From: Alphaproteobacteria bacterium
GTDB lineage: Bacteria; Pseudomonadota; Alphaproteobacteria; UBA7985
Direction of reading: 5' to 3'
DNA length: 64,000 bases
Assembly: GCA_965662775.1 (NCBI GenBank)
Contig: CBFIIW010000015.1
Coordinates: forward strand, 6,946-70,945
Shown: positions 38,456-49,083 of the stretch, in pieces
Position numbering within the stretch: the stretch's first letter is position 1
Layout of the letters: every line of letters begins with the position of its first letter
The notes under the pieces: generated by a model
Told to the model about the DNA's origin: nothing
The model's input: only the letters and a program-made list of their open reading frames with translations
Database searches by the model: none
Translations under genes and position numbers: made by a program

Positions 38456-39193
38456 ATGCCAGATGGTACTCCCAAAGTCTTTCGACGTGTCCTTTTGAAG
38501 ATTTCGGGTGAAGCCCTGATGGGCCATCGGAGCTATGGGCTTGATCCGGGGTACGTCGGACGGGTGGCGAATGAGGTTAAAGGCGTGATGGACCTCGGCT
38601 CACAGGTCTGTTTGGTGGTAGGCGGCGGCAATATCTTCCGCGGCGTTTCCGGCGCAGCCGAAGGAATGGAGCGGGCAACGGCCGATCAGATGGGTATGCT
38701 TGCCACAGTGATTAACGCTCTGGCTATGCGCTCCGCCCTGCAGGATATCGGAACAGAGTGCCGAGTAATGTCAGCCATTCCTATGAACAACGTGTGTGAG
38801 CCCTTCATCCGTCAGCGTGCGCTGCGGCATTTGGAAAAGGGACGGGTCGTTATCTTCGCTGCCGGGACCGGTAACCCGTTCTTCACCACTGATACAGCTG
38901 CCGCATTGCGCGCGTCGGAGATGAATTGCGACGCACTGCTAAAGGGCACCAAGGTCGATGGGGTGTACAATGCCGATCCAGCCAAGCACGCCGATGCTCT
39001 TCGCTATGATCACTTGTCCTTCCACCAGGTTCTAGCCGAAGACCTGCACGTGATGGACCACGCCGCCATCTCTCTGGCGCGCGAGAACCACATCCCGATC
39101 CTTGTCTTTTCGCTCAATGAAGAAGGCGCCATGGCGGCTGTCGTGCAAAAGCAGGGTAAGTTTACCATTGTCGATGATCGTCCTCACGGCTGA
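38456..39193 (+). CDS. pyrH: UMP kinase
   Basis: [11 protein letters not shown].., [27 protein letters not shown]. Confidence 0.95.
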   Translation: MPDGTPKVFRRVLLKISGEALMGHRSYGLDPGYVGRVANEVKGVMDLGSQVCLVVGGGNIFRGVSGAAEGMERATADQMGMLATVINALAMRSALQDIGTECRVMSAIPMNNVCEPFIRQRALRHLEKGRVVIFAAGTGNPFFTTDTAAALRASEMNCDALLKGTKVDGVYNADPAKHADALRYDHLSFHQVLAEDLHVMDHAAISLARENHIPILVFSLNEEGAMAAVVQKQGKFTIVDDRPHG

Positions 39194-39352
39194 GAACGGT
39201 GCGGGATTCGAAACAACCGGTTGGGTCGTCAACGGCCTGACAAACCCCCTGCAACTTGGTACAGGGGCTTTTATCAGTGAAAAGTGGCCAGAAGCGGCGC
39301 ATTGTCGCCGCAAAGCGCAGCCAGGATTCAAGCCTCGAAGGAGCACCATTTC

Positions 39353-39910
39353 ATGAGCGATGACCTGCTGAACGACCTTGATAAGCGCATGTCCGGCGCC
39401 GTTGAGAACTTCAAGAATGAATTGCAGGGGCTGCGCACGGGCCGAGCTTCGGCAGACCTGCTGGCACCGGTGATGGTTGAGGCCTATGGCAGCGCTGTAC
39501 CAATCAATCAGGTTGGCGCGATTTCGGTGCCAGAACCTCGGATGATTTCGGTTTCAGTCTGGGACAAGAGCATGGCCGGCGCCGTCGAGCGCGCTATTCG
39601 CGACGCCGGCCTGGGGTTGAACCCTATGGCCGACGGCAACCTGATCCGGGTGCCGATCCCAGATCTGAACGAGGAGCGCCGCAAGGAGCTCTCCAAAGTT
39701 GCTGGCACTTACGCCGAGGCCGCCCGTGTCGCCATCCGCAACGTCCGTCGGGATGGGATGGACAAGTCTAAGAGGCTGGAGGCAGAAGGTGAGCTTTCCA
39801 AGGATGCGATGCACGACCTCAACGGCGAAATTCAGAAGGTGACCGACCGGCATATAGCCACGGTCGATTCCATGTTGAGTGAGAAACAGAGTGAAATCAT
39901 GCAGGTTTGA
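39353..39910 (+). CDS. frr: Ribosome recycling factor
   Basis: The ATG at 39353 is preceded by GAAGGAG. Motifs [11 protein letters not shown] and [14 protein letters not shown], 185 aa. Confidence 0.95.
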   Translation: MSDDLLNDLDKRMSGAVENFKNELQGLRTGRASADLLAPVMVEAYGSAVPINQVGAISVPEPRMISVSVWDKSMAGAVERAIRDAGLGLNPMADGNLIRVPIPDLNEERRKELSKVAGTYAEAARVAIRNVRRDGMDKSKRLEAEGELSKDAMHDLNGEIQKVTDRHIATVDSMLSEKQSEIMQV

Positions 39911-40021
39911 CGCGGTGTCGACCTTGGAACGACCAACTCGGCTTGCCTGTATCCCGACCCACCCCCCGAAGGCAGCACTTGCAACGCTAATGACGCTCTG
40001 GCCAGAAGGACCCACCGCAGC

Positions 40022-40774
40022 ATGACCAAGCCAGACTCGCTCGTTTCCGTTCCTCGGGATCGCCTGCCACGTCACGTGGCGGTGATTATGGACGGTAACG
40101 GCCGCTGGGCGCAGATGCGCGGCATGCCCCGAAACTTTGGTCACAAGCAGGGCGTAGAAGCGACCCGTCGGCTGGTTAAAGCTGCACACGAGATTGGTCT
40201 GGAAGCCCTGACGATTTACGGGTTCTCGACCGAAAACTGGAGCCGCCCGGCAGAGGAAGTCACCCTATTGATGGGCCTGCTAAAATCCTATTTCACTGCC
40301 GAAATCGCTGAGCTGCATAAGGCTGGCATCCGCATCCGTGTCATCGGTCGACGAGATGACTTTGCCCCGGATATCAAGAGCCTGCTGGACCGGGCTGAGT
40401 CGGTGACCGGAGGGAACACCGGCATGACTCTTTGTGTAGCGCTGTCCTACGGCGGCCGACAGGAGATCATAGAGGGCGTACAGGCACTGGCTGTTCGCTT
40501 GGCGCAGGGCGAGATCAAGCCTGAACACATCAGTGAAACCGACCTCGAAGCCGCGCTGGAAACCGCAGACCTGCCGGGCCTGGATCTGATCATCCGTACG
40601 TCAGGCGAACAGCGCTTGTCTAACTTCCTTTTGTGGCAGGCTGCCTACGCCGAGTTATACTTTGATCCGGTTCTCTGGCCTGATTATTCCGCAGGACACT
40701 TCGCAACGGCGCTGTTGGCTTTCGCCAACCGAGAGCGGCGTTTCGGGGGATTGCAGGCGCAATCCGTGCGCTGA
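40022..40774 (+). CDS. uppS: Isoprenyl transferase (undecaprenyl diphosphate synthase)
   Basis: HVAVIMDGNGRWA and DLIIRTSGEQRLSNFLLWQ. Confidence 0.95.
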   Translation: MTKPDSLVSVPRDRLPRHVAVIMDGNGRWAQMRGMPRNFGHKQGVEATRRLVKAAHEIGLEALTIYGFSTENWSRPAEEVTLLMGLLKSYFTAEIAELHKAGIRIRVIGRRDDFAPDIKSLLDRAESVTGGNTGMTLCVALSYGGRQEIIEGVQALAVRLAQGEIKPEHISETDLEAALETADLPGLDLIIRTSGEQRLSNFLLWQAAYAELYFDPVLWPDYSAGHFATALLAFANRERRFGGLQAQSVR

Positions 40775-40864
40775 AGACCAATTAATCGAGCATCAGAGTA
40801 CCATAGCCGCATCCAGAGCGGCTGCTGCACCCGCAACCGAACGAGCACCAGTTCAGGGCCTGCC

Positions 40865-41701
40865 ATGAGCCAAAAGCCAGACCCCACTACTCCGCTTCGT
40901 GCGGCGCTCTATGACCGCTTGCGGGCTCGGATCCTGACCGGGATCGCAGCGACGATGTTCGGTTTGGCGGTGTTCCTGGTTGGAACGCCATTGGTGCAGC
41001 TTGCCGGCATGGGCATCGCTATGGTTGTGGCTTACGAGTGGGGCGTCATCGTCGGCAAATCCAGCCGTCCAACGCGCCCTTCGCCGGCCATGGTGTTGAT
41101 GATCCTCGGGGTTGGGATTACCACAGGGTTATCGGCCATCGGTATGTTCGCCGCCGCGGGCTGTTCGATGTTTGGCGGACTCCTGGCCTGTGCAGTGCTA
41201 AGCTGGCGCTCGCCGGTGGAACGGTTCTGGGTGCCGCTTGGTCTCATTTATGCTGCGGGTCCGTGGTCACTGCTGATTGCGCTGTACGTTGTCGGCGGGG
41301 CAGGTCCGCCGATCCTGTTCATCGGGCTGGCCCTGGTCATTAATGCGGACATTGCTGCCTATTTCGCCGGAAAGCACATCGGCGGACCCAAGCTTGCGCC
41401 GGTCATCAGTCCGGCCAAAACGTGGGTTGGTCTGGTCATGGGCGTGATTGCCGGCTACGCCGTTGCGCAGGTCATGGTGTTCTGGACGCCGCTATCGCCT
41501 TGGGCCTTTGCCCTGGCCGCACCCTTGTTTGCCGCTATTTCACAGCTTTCAGACCTGATGGAGAGCGGTTTCAAACGTCGTTTCGGGGTCAAGGACGCCA
41601 GCAAACTGCTCCCCGGGCACGGCGGGGTCATGGATCGCATGGACGGTATGACCCTTACTTCTGTTGCGCTGGTGGTCTTCTACCTCTCGGGTTGGTACTA
41701 A
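40865..41701 (+). CDS. cdsA: Phosphatidate cytidylyltransferase
   Basis: Polytopic membrane protein with the CDS signature SGFKRRFGVKDASKLLPGHGGVMDRMDG. Confidence 0.93.
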   Translation: MSQKPDPTTPLRAALYDRLRARILTGIAATMFGLAVFLVGTPLVQLAGMGIAMVVAYEWGVIVGKSSRPTRPSPAMVLMILGVGITTGLSAIGMFAAAGCSMFGGLLACAVLSWRSPVERFWVPLGLIYAAGPWSLLIALYVVGGAGPPILFIGLALVINADIAAYFAGKHIGGPKLAPVISPAKTWVGLVMGVIAGYAVAQVMVFWTPLSPWAFALAAPLFAAISQLSDLMESGFKRRFGVKDASKLLPGHGGVMDRMDGMTLTSVALVVFYLSGWY

Positions 41702-41707
41702 GCCTCT

Positions 41708-42895
41708 ATGAGCGAAGGAAAAACCCGCGTTTCCATCCTCGGCGCTACAGGCAGCATCGGGGCTTCCACTCTGAGCGTGCTGGCCCATAACCCCGAGGAA
41801 TTCGAGGTTGCTGCGCTGGTCGCGCAGCGCAATGTCGAGCGCTTGGCCCAGATTGCGTTGCAGACCGGTGCGGCCCTTGCTGTGGTTGCCGATGAGCGGC
41901 AGTTTGCCGATCTCCGAGACCGGCTCTGGGGGACAGGTGTTGAAGTCGCCGCCGGACGAGATGCCGTAATCGAAGCGGCCGCCCGCCCGGCTGATGTAGT
42001 GGTCAGCGCGATTACCGGTTACGCTGGCCTGCGCCCAACCCTGGCCGCAGCGCGCTCTGGGGCTCATCTCGCCCTCGCCAATAAAGAAGCCATGGTCGCG
42101 GCAGGTGGACTGGTCCGAGCAGCCTTAGCCCAATCCGGTGGCCAGTTGATCCCCGTGGATTCCGAGCACGCAGCCTTGTTTCAGGCGCTTTGGGGTCAGG
42201 ATCGCAGTGCGGTCACTCAACTCATTCTGACGGCCTCGGGTGGCCCATTTCGGACGTGGAGCAAGGATGAGATTGCCGCCGCAACGCCCGCGCAGGCGCT
42301 CCGTCATCCAAACTGGGACATGGGATCTAAGGTCACCATCGATTCCGCTTCGATGATGAACAAAGGCCTGGAGTTAATCGAAGCGCAACAGATATTCGAC
42401 GTTTCTCACGAGCGGCTCGACGTGCTCGTTCATCCTCAGTCGGTCGTGCATTCTCTGGTCGCCTATCGCGACGGTGGACAGCTAGCGCAGATGGGTGTCC
42501 CGGACATGCAGACGCCGATTGCGGCAGCGTTGCGCTGGCCGCGACGAACCCGCACGTCGGTCCCACCTCTTGATCTGGCGCAATACGGTTCGCTGACATT
42601 TGAGCCACCGGACCGAGAGCGCTTTCCCTGCCTGCTTTTGGCCGAAACGGCGATGCGCTCTGGCGGTGGTGCACCGATCATGCTGAATGCTGCAAACGAG
42701 ATCGCCGTGAGTGCGTTTCTCGATGGCGCTTTTCCCTTTGGCGGGATTCCTAGAGTGGTCGAGGCAGTTTTGGAACAAGGTCCGTCGGGCCAGGCCCCTC
42801 GAGATCCAAAAGTCACGCTGTCGCTGGAAGAAATAACCGCCATTGATGCCGAGAGCCGAGCTCGCGCCCATGAGGTTGTAAGTGAAATGATTTAA
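41708..42895 (+). CDS. dxr: 1-deoxy-D-xylulose 5-phosphate reductoisomerase
   Basis: ILGATGSIGASTL, LANKEAMV, DSEHAALFQ, NKGLELIEA. Confidence 0.95.
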   Translation: MSEGKTRVSILGATGSIGASTLSVLAHNPEEFEVAALVAQRNVERLAQIALQTGAALAVVADERQFADLRDRLWGTGVEVAAGRDAVIEAAARPADVVVSAITGYAGLRPTLAAARSGAHLALANKEAMVAAGGLVRAALAQSGGQLIPVDSEHAALFQALWGQDRSAVTQLILTASGGPFRTWSKDEIAAATPAQALRHPNWDMGSKVTIDSASMMNKGLELIEAQQIFDVSHERLDVLVHPQSVVHSLVAYRDGGQLAQMGVPDMQTPIAAALRWPRRTRTSVPPLDLAQYGSLTFEPPDRERFPCLLLAETAMRSGGGAPIMLNAANEIAVSAFLDGAFPFGGIPRVVEAVLEQGPSGQAPRDPKVTLSLEEITAIDAESRARAHEVVSEMI

Positions 42896-43123
42896 CCTCA
42901 GGTGGAAAAACCATGGCAATGTGGAATCAAGCTGGCCTTTATCCACATTATGCGGGATACGGGAGAGGACTGAAAGACGGTTCCCTGCTATGGAATACGA
43001 TGGGTGGGACTGGCCGTTTTGTGGCCGACTTTTCGGGCTAAAAGCGGGGGCGCAGTCGCTCAGGCTGCAGTGTGGTTTGGGGCTTTGCCCCTTGGTGTCG
43101 GGTTAAGGAGCGTAGAGCGGCGC

Positions 43124-44239
43124 ATGGCGTCCATTTTCGACATTCTGCTCTATAACGTTGTGGCGTTTCTGGCGGTTCTGACAGTGATCGTGGCGGTTCA
43201 CGAAGCCGGTCACTATCTCGTCGCGCGCTGGTGCCGCGTCCGGGTTCATGCCTTCTCTATTGGTTTTGGTCCCGAGCTGTTTGGTTGGACGGATCGAAAC
43301 GGCACCCGGTTCAAGATTTCCGCCCTGCCGCTGGGCGGCTACGTTCGTATGGCTGGAGGATTGAACAACGGAACCCCCGAAGCCGAAGCCGCAGGCGAGA
43401 CAGGTTTCCCCAACCGCCCGGTCTGGCAGCGCGCATTAATAATCTTCGCCGGACCACTGGCCAATTTCATCTTTGCCTTTATCATCCTGTTCGGAATGGG
43501 GCTTGCCCTCGATCGAGCGGTTCGACCGGCTATGGTTGGCAGCTTTACCGAAAACTCAGCAGCAGCAAATACGGGTTTGATGGAGGGTGATCTGATCCTG
43601 GCGGTCGAGGGTCGCCGGACGGAGAGCTTCCGCGCCCTCTCCCGCATCATGGCGCTTCATACAGGCGGCACCTTGACACTAACAGCGGAACGCGCTGGTG
43701 AGCGCTTTGACGTCAATATTGAGCCGACCGAGACCATGATCGATACGGCCACCGGCCCGGTGCGGGTGTTCCGGCTGGGTATCGTTGCGCCTGAGGAGGT
43801 GGAATTGGTCAGTGCCGGCCCCATCGGCGCGGCTGGTCATGCAGTCCGTATGCAAGTCGAAATCACAGGCATGGTGTTCAGAGGGTTGGGGCAGGTGGTC
43901 ACGGGCCGTCGCCCGGTCAGTGAGCTGGAAGGCCCGGTCGGGATCTCCCAACACGTAGCTGAAGCATCGCGCTCTGGTGTTCTGCAGATCCTGCAGTTGA
44001 TGATCTTCCTCAATATGATTATTGGCTTGATGAACTTGTTGCCGATACCGGTTCTCGATGGTGGCCACTTGGTATTCTTGTTGTATGAGGCGGTCTTCCG
44101 GCGGCCTCTTCCGTCTCGGGTTATGGAAGTGGCTCTGATCATCGGCCTGGGGTTGATCCTTACTCAGTTTGTCTATGTCACGGTGCAGGATCTGACGCCG
44201 CAGAAGGTCCCCATACCCGGATTGGTGGTGGCGCAATGA
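43124..44239 (+). CDS. rseP: RIP (site-2) zinc metalloprotease RseP
   Basis: HEAGHYLVARW HExxH motif, a PDZ region and the C-terminal LNLLPIPVLDGGH. The ATG at 43124 is chosen over the upstream ORF start. Confidence 0.92.
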   Translation: MASIFDILLYNVVAFLAVLTVIVAVHEAGHYLVARWCRVRVHAFSIGFGPELFGWTDRNGTRFKISALPLGGYVRMAGGLNNGTPEAEAAGETGFPNRPVWQRALIIFAGPLANFIFAFIILFGMGLALDRAVRPAMVGSFTENSAAANTGLMEGDLILAVEGRRTESFRALSRIMALHTGGTLTLTAERAGERFDVNIEPTETMIDTATGPVRVFRLGIVAPEEVELVSAGPIGAAGHAVRMQVEITGMVFRGLGQVVTGRRPVSELEGPVGISQHVAEASRSGVLQILQLMIFLNMIIGLMNLLPIPVLDGGHLVFLLYEAVFRRPLPSRVMEVALIIGLGLILTQFVYVTVQDLTPQKVPIPGLVVAQ

Positions 44240-46725
44240 CTACAGTCCTGATCCGCCGGTTATTCCTTATGTTTTACCGTTTGTTGCAATCTGTTCTCAG
44301 CGGAGGTTTGCGTTCTGCTTGCGTAGGGTCTCGAGCAGCTGTTGCCTTTATTTCGGCTCTCGGGTTGCTGACGCTGGCGGGTGTGGCCCGTGCGCAGATC
44401 CCGTTGACGCCGGAGCAGGCGGTGGAATTGGTCCAGGCGCAGGCGGTCGCGGGCGAGCAGACTGATACAGGCGAACTCGAAGCCGCCGCGACGTCTGTGA
44501 TCGAATTCGACCCGCTCTCACCCCAAGTGTATGGCCCTGGAACCATTGAACAGATTGTCGTCCGTGGGAACCAGCGCCTGTCCAGCGCTACAATCCTGTC
44601 GATTCTGCCGGTCCGGGTGGGCCAGGATTTTCAACCCATCCGTTTGGATAATGCGCTCAAGGCGCTCTACGCCACTGGACAATTTGCCGATGTTCGCATC
44701 GATCGATCGGGCAACGTGCTGATTATCCAGGTGCGCGAAAACGTCCTTATCAATCAGATCAATTTCGAAGGCAACGGGGCAATCAACGACGAAGAGTTGT
44801 TCCAACTCATCGACACCACCAGCCGTTCTGTGCTCAGCCGAACGCAGGTGGCGGAAGACATTCGCAAAATCAAGCAGCGCTATGAGATCCTCGGCCGTCT
44901 GCTCGTGGTAATCGAGCCGAAGATCATCCCGCTGACCGAGAACCGCGCAAACCTTGCGTTTGAAATCAATGAAGGCGCACGCACGCGGATCGATGCGATT
45001 AACTTTGTCGGCAATCAGGCTTATACCGACCGGCGTCTGCGTTCCATCATTCTATCCAAGCAGTCCAACATTGTCCGTAATCTGCTGCAGGCTGACAGTT
45101 ATTCGCCCGGGCGGGTCACGGTGGATCGGAACTTTCTCACCGAATACTATCAGTCGCGCGGCTTTGCCGACTTTGAGGTTGTTTCGGCCATTGCCGAGCA
45201 AACCCCCGAAAAGCGTGGCTTCATCCTGACATTTACAGTGAAAGAGGGGATTCGCTACCGTGTCGGGCAGATCCGCATCGCAAATAACCTGCCAGGGGTC
45301 GATACCTCAAGACTGGTGAACCGGTTGAAGGTGCGCACCGGGCAGACCTTTGATATCACCGAAGTTGAGGCCACGCAGGAGGACCTCACGGAGCGGGTTT
45401 CAGCGCAGGGTTTCCCCTTCGTTGAGGTCGATATCGAGCAGAACCTTGACCCGACCCGCGGCATCGTTGACCTCACCTACACGATTGAAGAAGGCGATCG
45501 GCTATTCGTTGAACGGATTGTTATCGAGGGCAATGAACGTACGGCCGACGACGTAATTCGCCGTGAATTCCGTCTGTCCGAAGGTGACGCTTTCTCAGTG
45601 TCCAAGCTACAGCGCTCGCAGGCACGGCTACTAAGCCTTGGCTACTTTGCGTCAGTCGAGTTCGAGCCCGAGGCAGGATCATCACCCGATCAGGTCGTGG
45701 TGGTCACGCAGGTCGAGGAGCAGCGAACGGGCGAGTTGATGCTCGGTGGCACCTACTCAAACACCGCCGGCATTCTTGGTAACTTCAAGATCGCCGACCG
45801 GAACTTTCGCGGGCGCGGGCAGAAGTACGACCTCGACATCAATGCGGGTATCCGCAACCGCGACGCCTCTTTCAGCGTGACTGAGCCTTACTTCCTGGGC
45901 CGGGAGATCAGCGCGGGTGTGGAACTGTTCTATAACGACCGCAACGTCAGCAACATCTATGATCGCCGTGAAATCGGAGCGGATGTGACGCTGGGCTATA
46001 AACTGTCGGAGCGTTTGAGCCAGTCGTGGACCTATGGCCTGACTCAAACTGAGGTCTCGAATGTTGCAGAAAATGCGTCACTGCTGATCACTCAGCAGGA
46101 GGGTCGCTCGATCCGTTCGGAGGCACGGCACTTTTTGCGTTACGACCGTCGCGACGTGGCCTTCAATCCGACGGAAGGCTATCTGCTTTCCATGCGAAAC
46201 AGTGTCGCCGGGCTGGGTGGTTCAGTCCGCTATCTGAAGACGACCGCTGAGGCCACGCACTATCTGCCACTGGGAGAGACTTTCACTTTTGCCACGCGAG
46301 CAGAGGGCGGTTTCATCGAAGGGTTGGGGCAGGACACGCTTCTGGCTGACCGCTTCATCATTGGTGGTGATCTCATTCGCGGCTTTACCCCGGCTGGCCT
46401 AGGCCCGCGGGAGCAGAACAGCGGCAATCTCGGTGCAGCACGCTACTGGCGAACATCGGCCGAGCTGCGCTTCCCACTTCCCGGATTGGGGGAGCAGGGT
46501 GTGAAGGGCCGACTCTTTGCAGATGCTGGGGCTGCATGGCACGTCGGGCAGGAAACGGGGGACACGGTTGTGCAGGATAGTGCAGACCCGCGCGCATCCG
46601 TCGGCATTGGTGCAACCTGGGACTCTCCGCTGGGACCGCTTTCTATTGATTATGGTATTCCATTGGCGAAGAAGAGTTTTGATGTGGAGCAACGCTTCAG
46701 GTTCTCGATCTCAACATCATTCTGA
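44236..46725 (+). CDS. bamA: Outer membrane protein assembly factor BamA
   Basis: Signal peptide, POTRA repeats (IVVRGNQR.., INFEGN.., INFVGNQ.., IVIEGNERT) and a C-terminal beta-barrel ending in F. The ATG overlaps the rseP stop (ATGA). Confidence 0.93.
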   Translation: MTTVLIRRLFLMFYRLLQSVLSGGLRSACVGSRAAVAFISALGLLTLAGVARAQIPLTPEQAVELVQAQAVAGEQTDTGELEAAATSVIEFDPLSPQVYGPGTIEQIVVRGNQRLSSATILSILPVRVGQDFQPIRLDNALKALYATGQFADVRIDRSGNVLIIQVRENVLINQINFEGNGAINDEELFQLIDTTSRSVLSRTQVAEDIRKIKQRYEILGRLLVVIEPKIIPLTENRANLAFEINEGARTRIDAINFVGNQAYTDRRLRSIILSKQSNIVRNLLQADSYSPGRVTVDRNFLTEYYQSRGFADFEVVSAIAEQTPEKRGFILTFTVKEGIRYRVGQIRIANNLPGVDTSRLVNRLKVRTGQTFDITEVEATQEDLTERVSAQGFPFVEVDIEQNLDPTRGIVDLTYTIEEGDRLFVERIVIEGNERTADDVIRREFRLSEGDAFSVSKLQRSQARLLSLGYFASVEFEPEAGSSPDQVVVVTQVEEQRTGELMLGGTYSNTAGILGNFKIADRNFRGRGQKYDLDINAGIRNRDASFSVTEPYFLGREISAGVELFYNDRNVSNIYDRREIGADVTLGYKLSERLSQSWTYGLTQTEVSNVAENASLLITQQEGRSIRSEARHFLRYDRRDVAFNPTEGYLLSMRNSVAGLGGSVRYLKTTAEATHYLPLGETFTFATRAEGGFIEGLGQDTLLADRFIIGGDLIRGFTPAGLGPREQNSGNLGAARYWRTSAELRFPLPGLGEQGVKGRLFADAGAAWHVGQETGDTVVQDSADPRASVGIGATWDSPLGPLSIDYGIPLAKKSFDVEQRFRFSISTSF

Positions 46726-46787
46726 TTTAAAAGACCAGCATCAGTCAGAACGGCCGATGCCAACGGCCTCGCAATAGGACCACTCTA

Positions 46788-47390
46788 ATGCATATGCGTA
46801 TTCGTCGAATTGTTCTTGTTCTTGTATCGATACTCACCCTGTCGATAGGGCAGGCGGCGCGTGGGCAGCTAGAGCCTGTGATCGCCGTCGTCGACGTGGA
46901 CGCCGTGATCCGTGATTCACAGGCCATGACGACGCTGAGTGCTCAATTGCTTGAGCTACAGTCCCAGTGGGAAAATGAGCTAACGGCACTGAACAAAGAC
47001 CTCGCTGCTAACCTGCGCAGTGCGCAGGAAAGCCTCGACGCTGCCGAAATCGATCAGGAGGCCTTCCGTAAGGTACAGATCCGCACCCAGCGGGACTTGC
47101 AGCAACTGCGACAGGAAGCCAATGCGCGCCAGCGAAAGCTGATCCAGGCTCGCCGCGTGGCTGAAGAAGAACTGCAGCGGCGGCTTGAGGAGATTGTCAT
47201 ACGAATTGCGTCTGACCGCGGGGCCAACCTCGTGTTCAACTATTCCGGCATTGTGATTGCGGCTTTGGGGTTTGATATTTCTGAGCAGGCAATCCAGGAA
47301 TTGAACGAGCAGATCCCCGAGTTGAACATCACGGTAAACGCACCGACCCCTGAAGAAATTCAGTCTGAGCCTGCTGAAAGCGGAAACTGA
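46788..47390 (+). CDS. OmpH/Skp family periplasmic chaperone
   Basis: Signal peptide and a coiled-coil-rich 200-aa protein at the conserved position between bamA and lpxD. Confidence 0.82.
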   Translation: MHMRIRRIVLVLVSILTLSIGQAARGQLEPVIAVVDVDAVIRDSQAMTTLSAQLLELQSQWENELTALNKDLAANLRSAQESLDAAEIDQEAFRKVQIRTQRDLQQLRQEANARQRKLIQARRVAEEELQRRLEEIVIRIASDRGANLVFNYSGIVIAALGFDISEQAIQELNEQIPELNITVNAPTPEEIQSEPAESGN

Positions 47391-47402
47391 AGCGGGGCAG
47401 CC

Positions 47403-48587
47403 TTGACCGATCCTCGATTTTTCCAAACCGCTGGGCCCTTCACGCTCGGTGACGTGCTGGAGCATCTGGGACTGGGTCCGGATATCCTCCCTGGCACATT
47501 TGGGCGTAGCGCCGATACTCCGACCGAAGTCGATTATGATCTTCTGCTCACGGATGTCGCTCCACTGTCCGAGGCAGACCCGGGGCATTTGAGTTTCTTT
47601 CACAACAGCGCTTATGCCGAGGCGCTGCGCACCACGAGAGCGGGCGCCGTGTTTGTGACTCCAGACGCTGAAACCCTTGTGCCCGCCGGTGTGACCCGAA
47701 TCGTGGTGCAGGATCCGTATCGCTGTTTTGGGCAGGCTGCGACGCTGTTTCACCCGCCGACAGTTACAACTGAAACAATCATAGACCCCAGCGCGCAAGT
47801 GTCTCCGGACGCCCAACTAGGCGCAGGCGTCAATATTGGCCCCTTCGTTCATATTGGCGCAGGCGCCCAAGTCGGCGCGGGGAGCGTGCTGCAGGCCCAT
47901 GTGAGCATTGGCGAAAACGTTCGTCTGGGGCGCGATTGCATCGTCTGCACCGGCGCCAGTCTGTCTCACGCGCTTGTTGGCGACCGTGCGCACATTAAAC
48001 CCGGCGCGCGTGTCGGCCAAAGTGGCTTCGGCTGGGCCTTGGGTCAGCATCGCGACGGTTATGGGTTGCATCAGCGGATCCCTCAGCTCGGCCGGGTTAT
48101 CCTCGGGGATGATGTGGAAATCGGAGCTAATGCTACCGTCGACCGTGGTTCTGGTCCTGATACCGTCATCGGCACAGGGACGGTTATCGACAACCATTGC
48201 CTCATTGCCCACAACGTCCGTATTGGCCAACGCTGTGTGATGGCCGGCTTTTCGGGTGTGGCCGGGTCGGGCATCCTCGAAGACGATGTGGTTGTCGGCG
48301 CGCGAGTGTCGATCCTGGGCCATATTCGGGTCGGCGCAGGTACCGTCGTTATGGCTGGGTCACAGGTCACAAAGTCCTTTCCGGGCGGGATGCGGCTCTC
48401 AGGGGTTCCCGCCACCGAACACCGGCAGTATCTTCGGGAGCAAGCAACGCTGCGGCAACTAGCGCAGCAGCAGCCTGACGCCGGTACTGAGCCACTAACC
48501 GGTTCGACACCGCCAGTTAACGCGTCTCAGACAACGGCGCAAATACCGACACCGATATCGGACAAGGGAGACACCACGAATGGTTGA
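47403..48587 (+). CDS. lpxD: UDP-3-O-acylglucosamine N-acyltransferase LpxD, with a P/T/Q-rich C-terminal tail
   Basis: TTG start, DPRFFQ N-terminus and left-handed beta-helix hexapeptide repeats. Confidence 0.92.
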   Translation: MTDPRFFQTAGPFTLGDVLEHLGLGPDILPGTFGRSADTPTEVDYDLLLTDVAPLSEADPGHLSFFHNSAYAEALRTTRAGAVFVTPDAETLVPAGVTRIVVQDPYRCFGQAATLFHPPTVTTETIIDPSAQVSPDAQLGAGVNIGPFVHIGAGAQVGAGSVLQAHVSIGENVRLGRDCIVCTGASLSHALVGDRAHIKPGARVGQSGFGWALGQHRDGYGLHQRIPQLGRVILGDDVEIGANATVDRGSGPDTVIGTGTVIDNHCLIAHNVRIGQRCVMAGFSGVAGSGILEDDVVVGARVSILGHIRVGAGTVVMAGSQVTKSFPGGMRLSGVPATEHRQYLREQATLRQLAQQQPDAGTEPLTGSTPPVNASQTTAQIPTPISDKGDTTNG

Positions 48588-49083
48588 TATTCTAGACGAA
48601 CCCCTGTTGCAGCCTGCAGAGCGCCCCTCGCTTGATATTCAGGACATCATGGCGCTGCTGCCGCACCGCTACCCGTTTCTGCTGGTGGATAGGGTTGAGT
48701 GGAGCCGTGCGTCGAAACGCTCCGCTATCGGTTACAAAGGCATTACCTATAACGAGGAATATTTTCAGGGGCACTTCCCAAAGATGCCCGTTATGCCCGG
48801 TGTTCTGCAAATCGAAGCCATGGCGCAGACAGCCGGCCTTATGATCCTCGGCTCTCTCGATGATGCCGATGACCGGCGCCTTAAGGGCGTTTACTTCATG
48901 TCCATGGACAAGACCAAGTTTCGCAAGCCAGTGACGCCCGGCTGTATGCTCGAAATGCATGTTCACGTTATCAAGAATCGGGGGCTTATCTACACCTTCC
49001 GCGGTGAATGCTATGTCGACGGCGCTCGGATTTCTGAGGCAGAATTTGTCGCTATGGGCATCGAGGACGACGGCGAGGCGTGA
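48580..49083 (+). CDS. fabZ: 3-hydroxyacyl-ACP dehydratase FabZ
   Basis: LPHRYPFLLVDRV, GHFPKMPVMPGVLQIEAMAQ. Confidence 0.95.
   Translation: MVDILDEPLLQPAERPSLDIQDIMALLPHRYPFLLVDRVEWSRASKRSAIGYKGITYNEEYFQGHFPKMPVMPGVLQIEAMAQTAGLMILGSLDDADDRRLKGVYFMSMDKTKFRKPVTPGCMLEMHVHVIKNRGLIYTFRGECYVDGARISEAEFVAMGIEDDGEA

Noticed and set aside
42921-43106. A 61-aa ORF in the dxr-rseP spacer.
   Set aside because: There is no SD, its composition is rich in Trp, Cys and Gly, and it overlaps the inverted repeat and hairpins. I treat the region as non-coding.
42896-43123. A replication origin, suggested by the perfect DnaA box.
   Set aside because: There is a single consensus box plus one weak partner, no cluster of boxes, no AT-rich unwinding element, and the locus sits inside the conserved dxr-rseP-bamA block.
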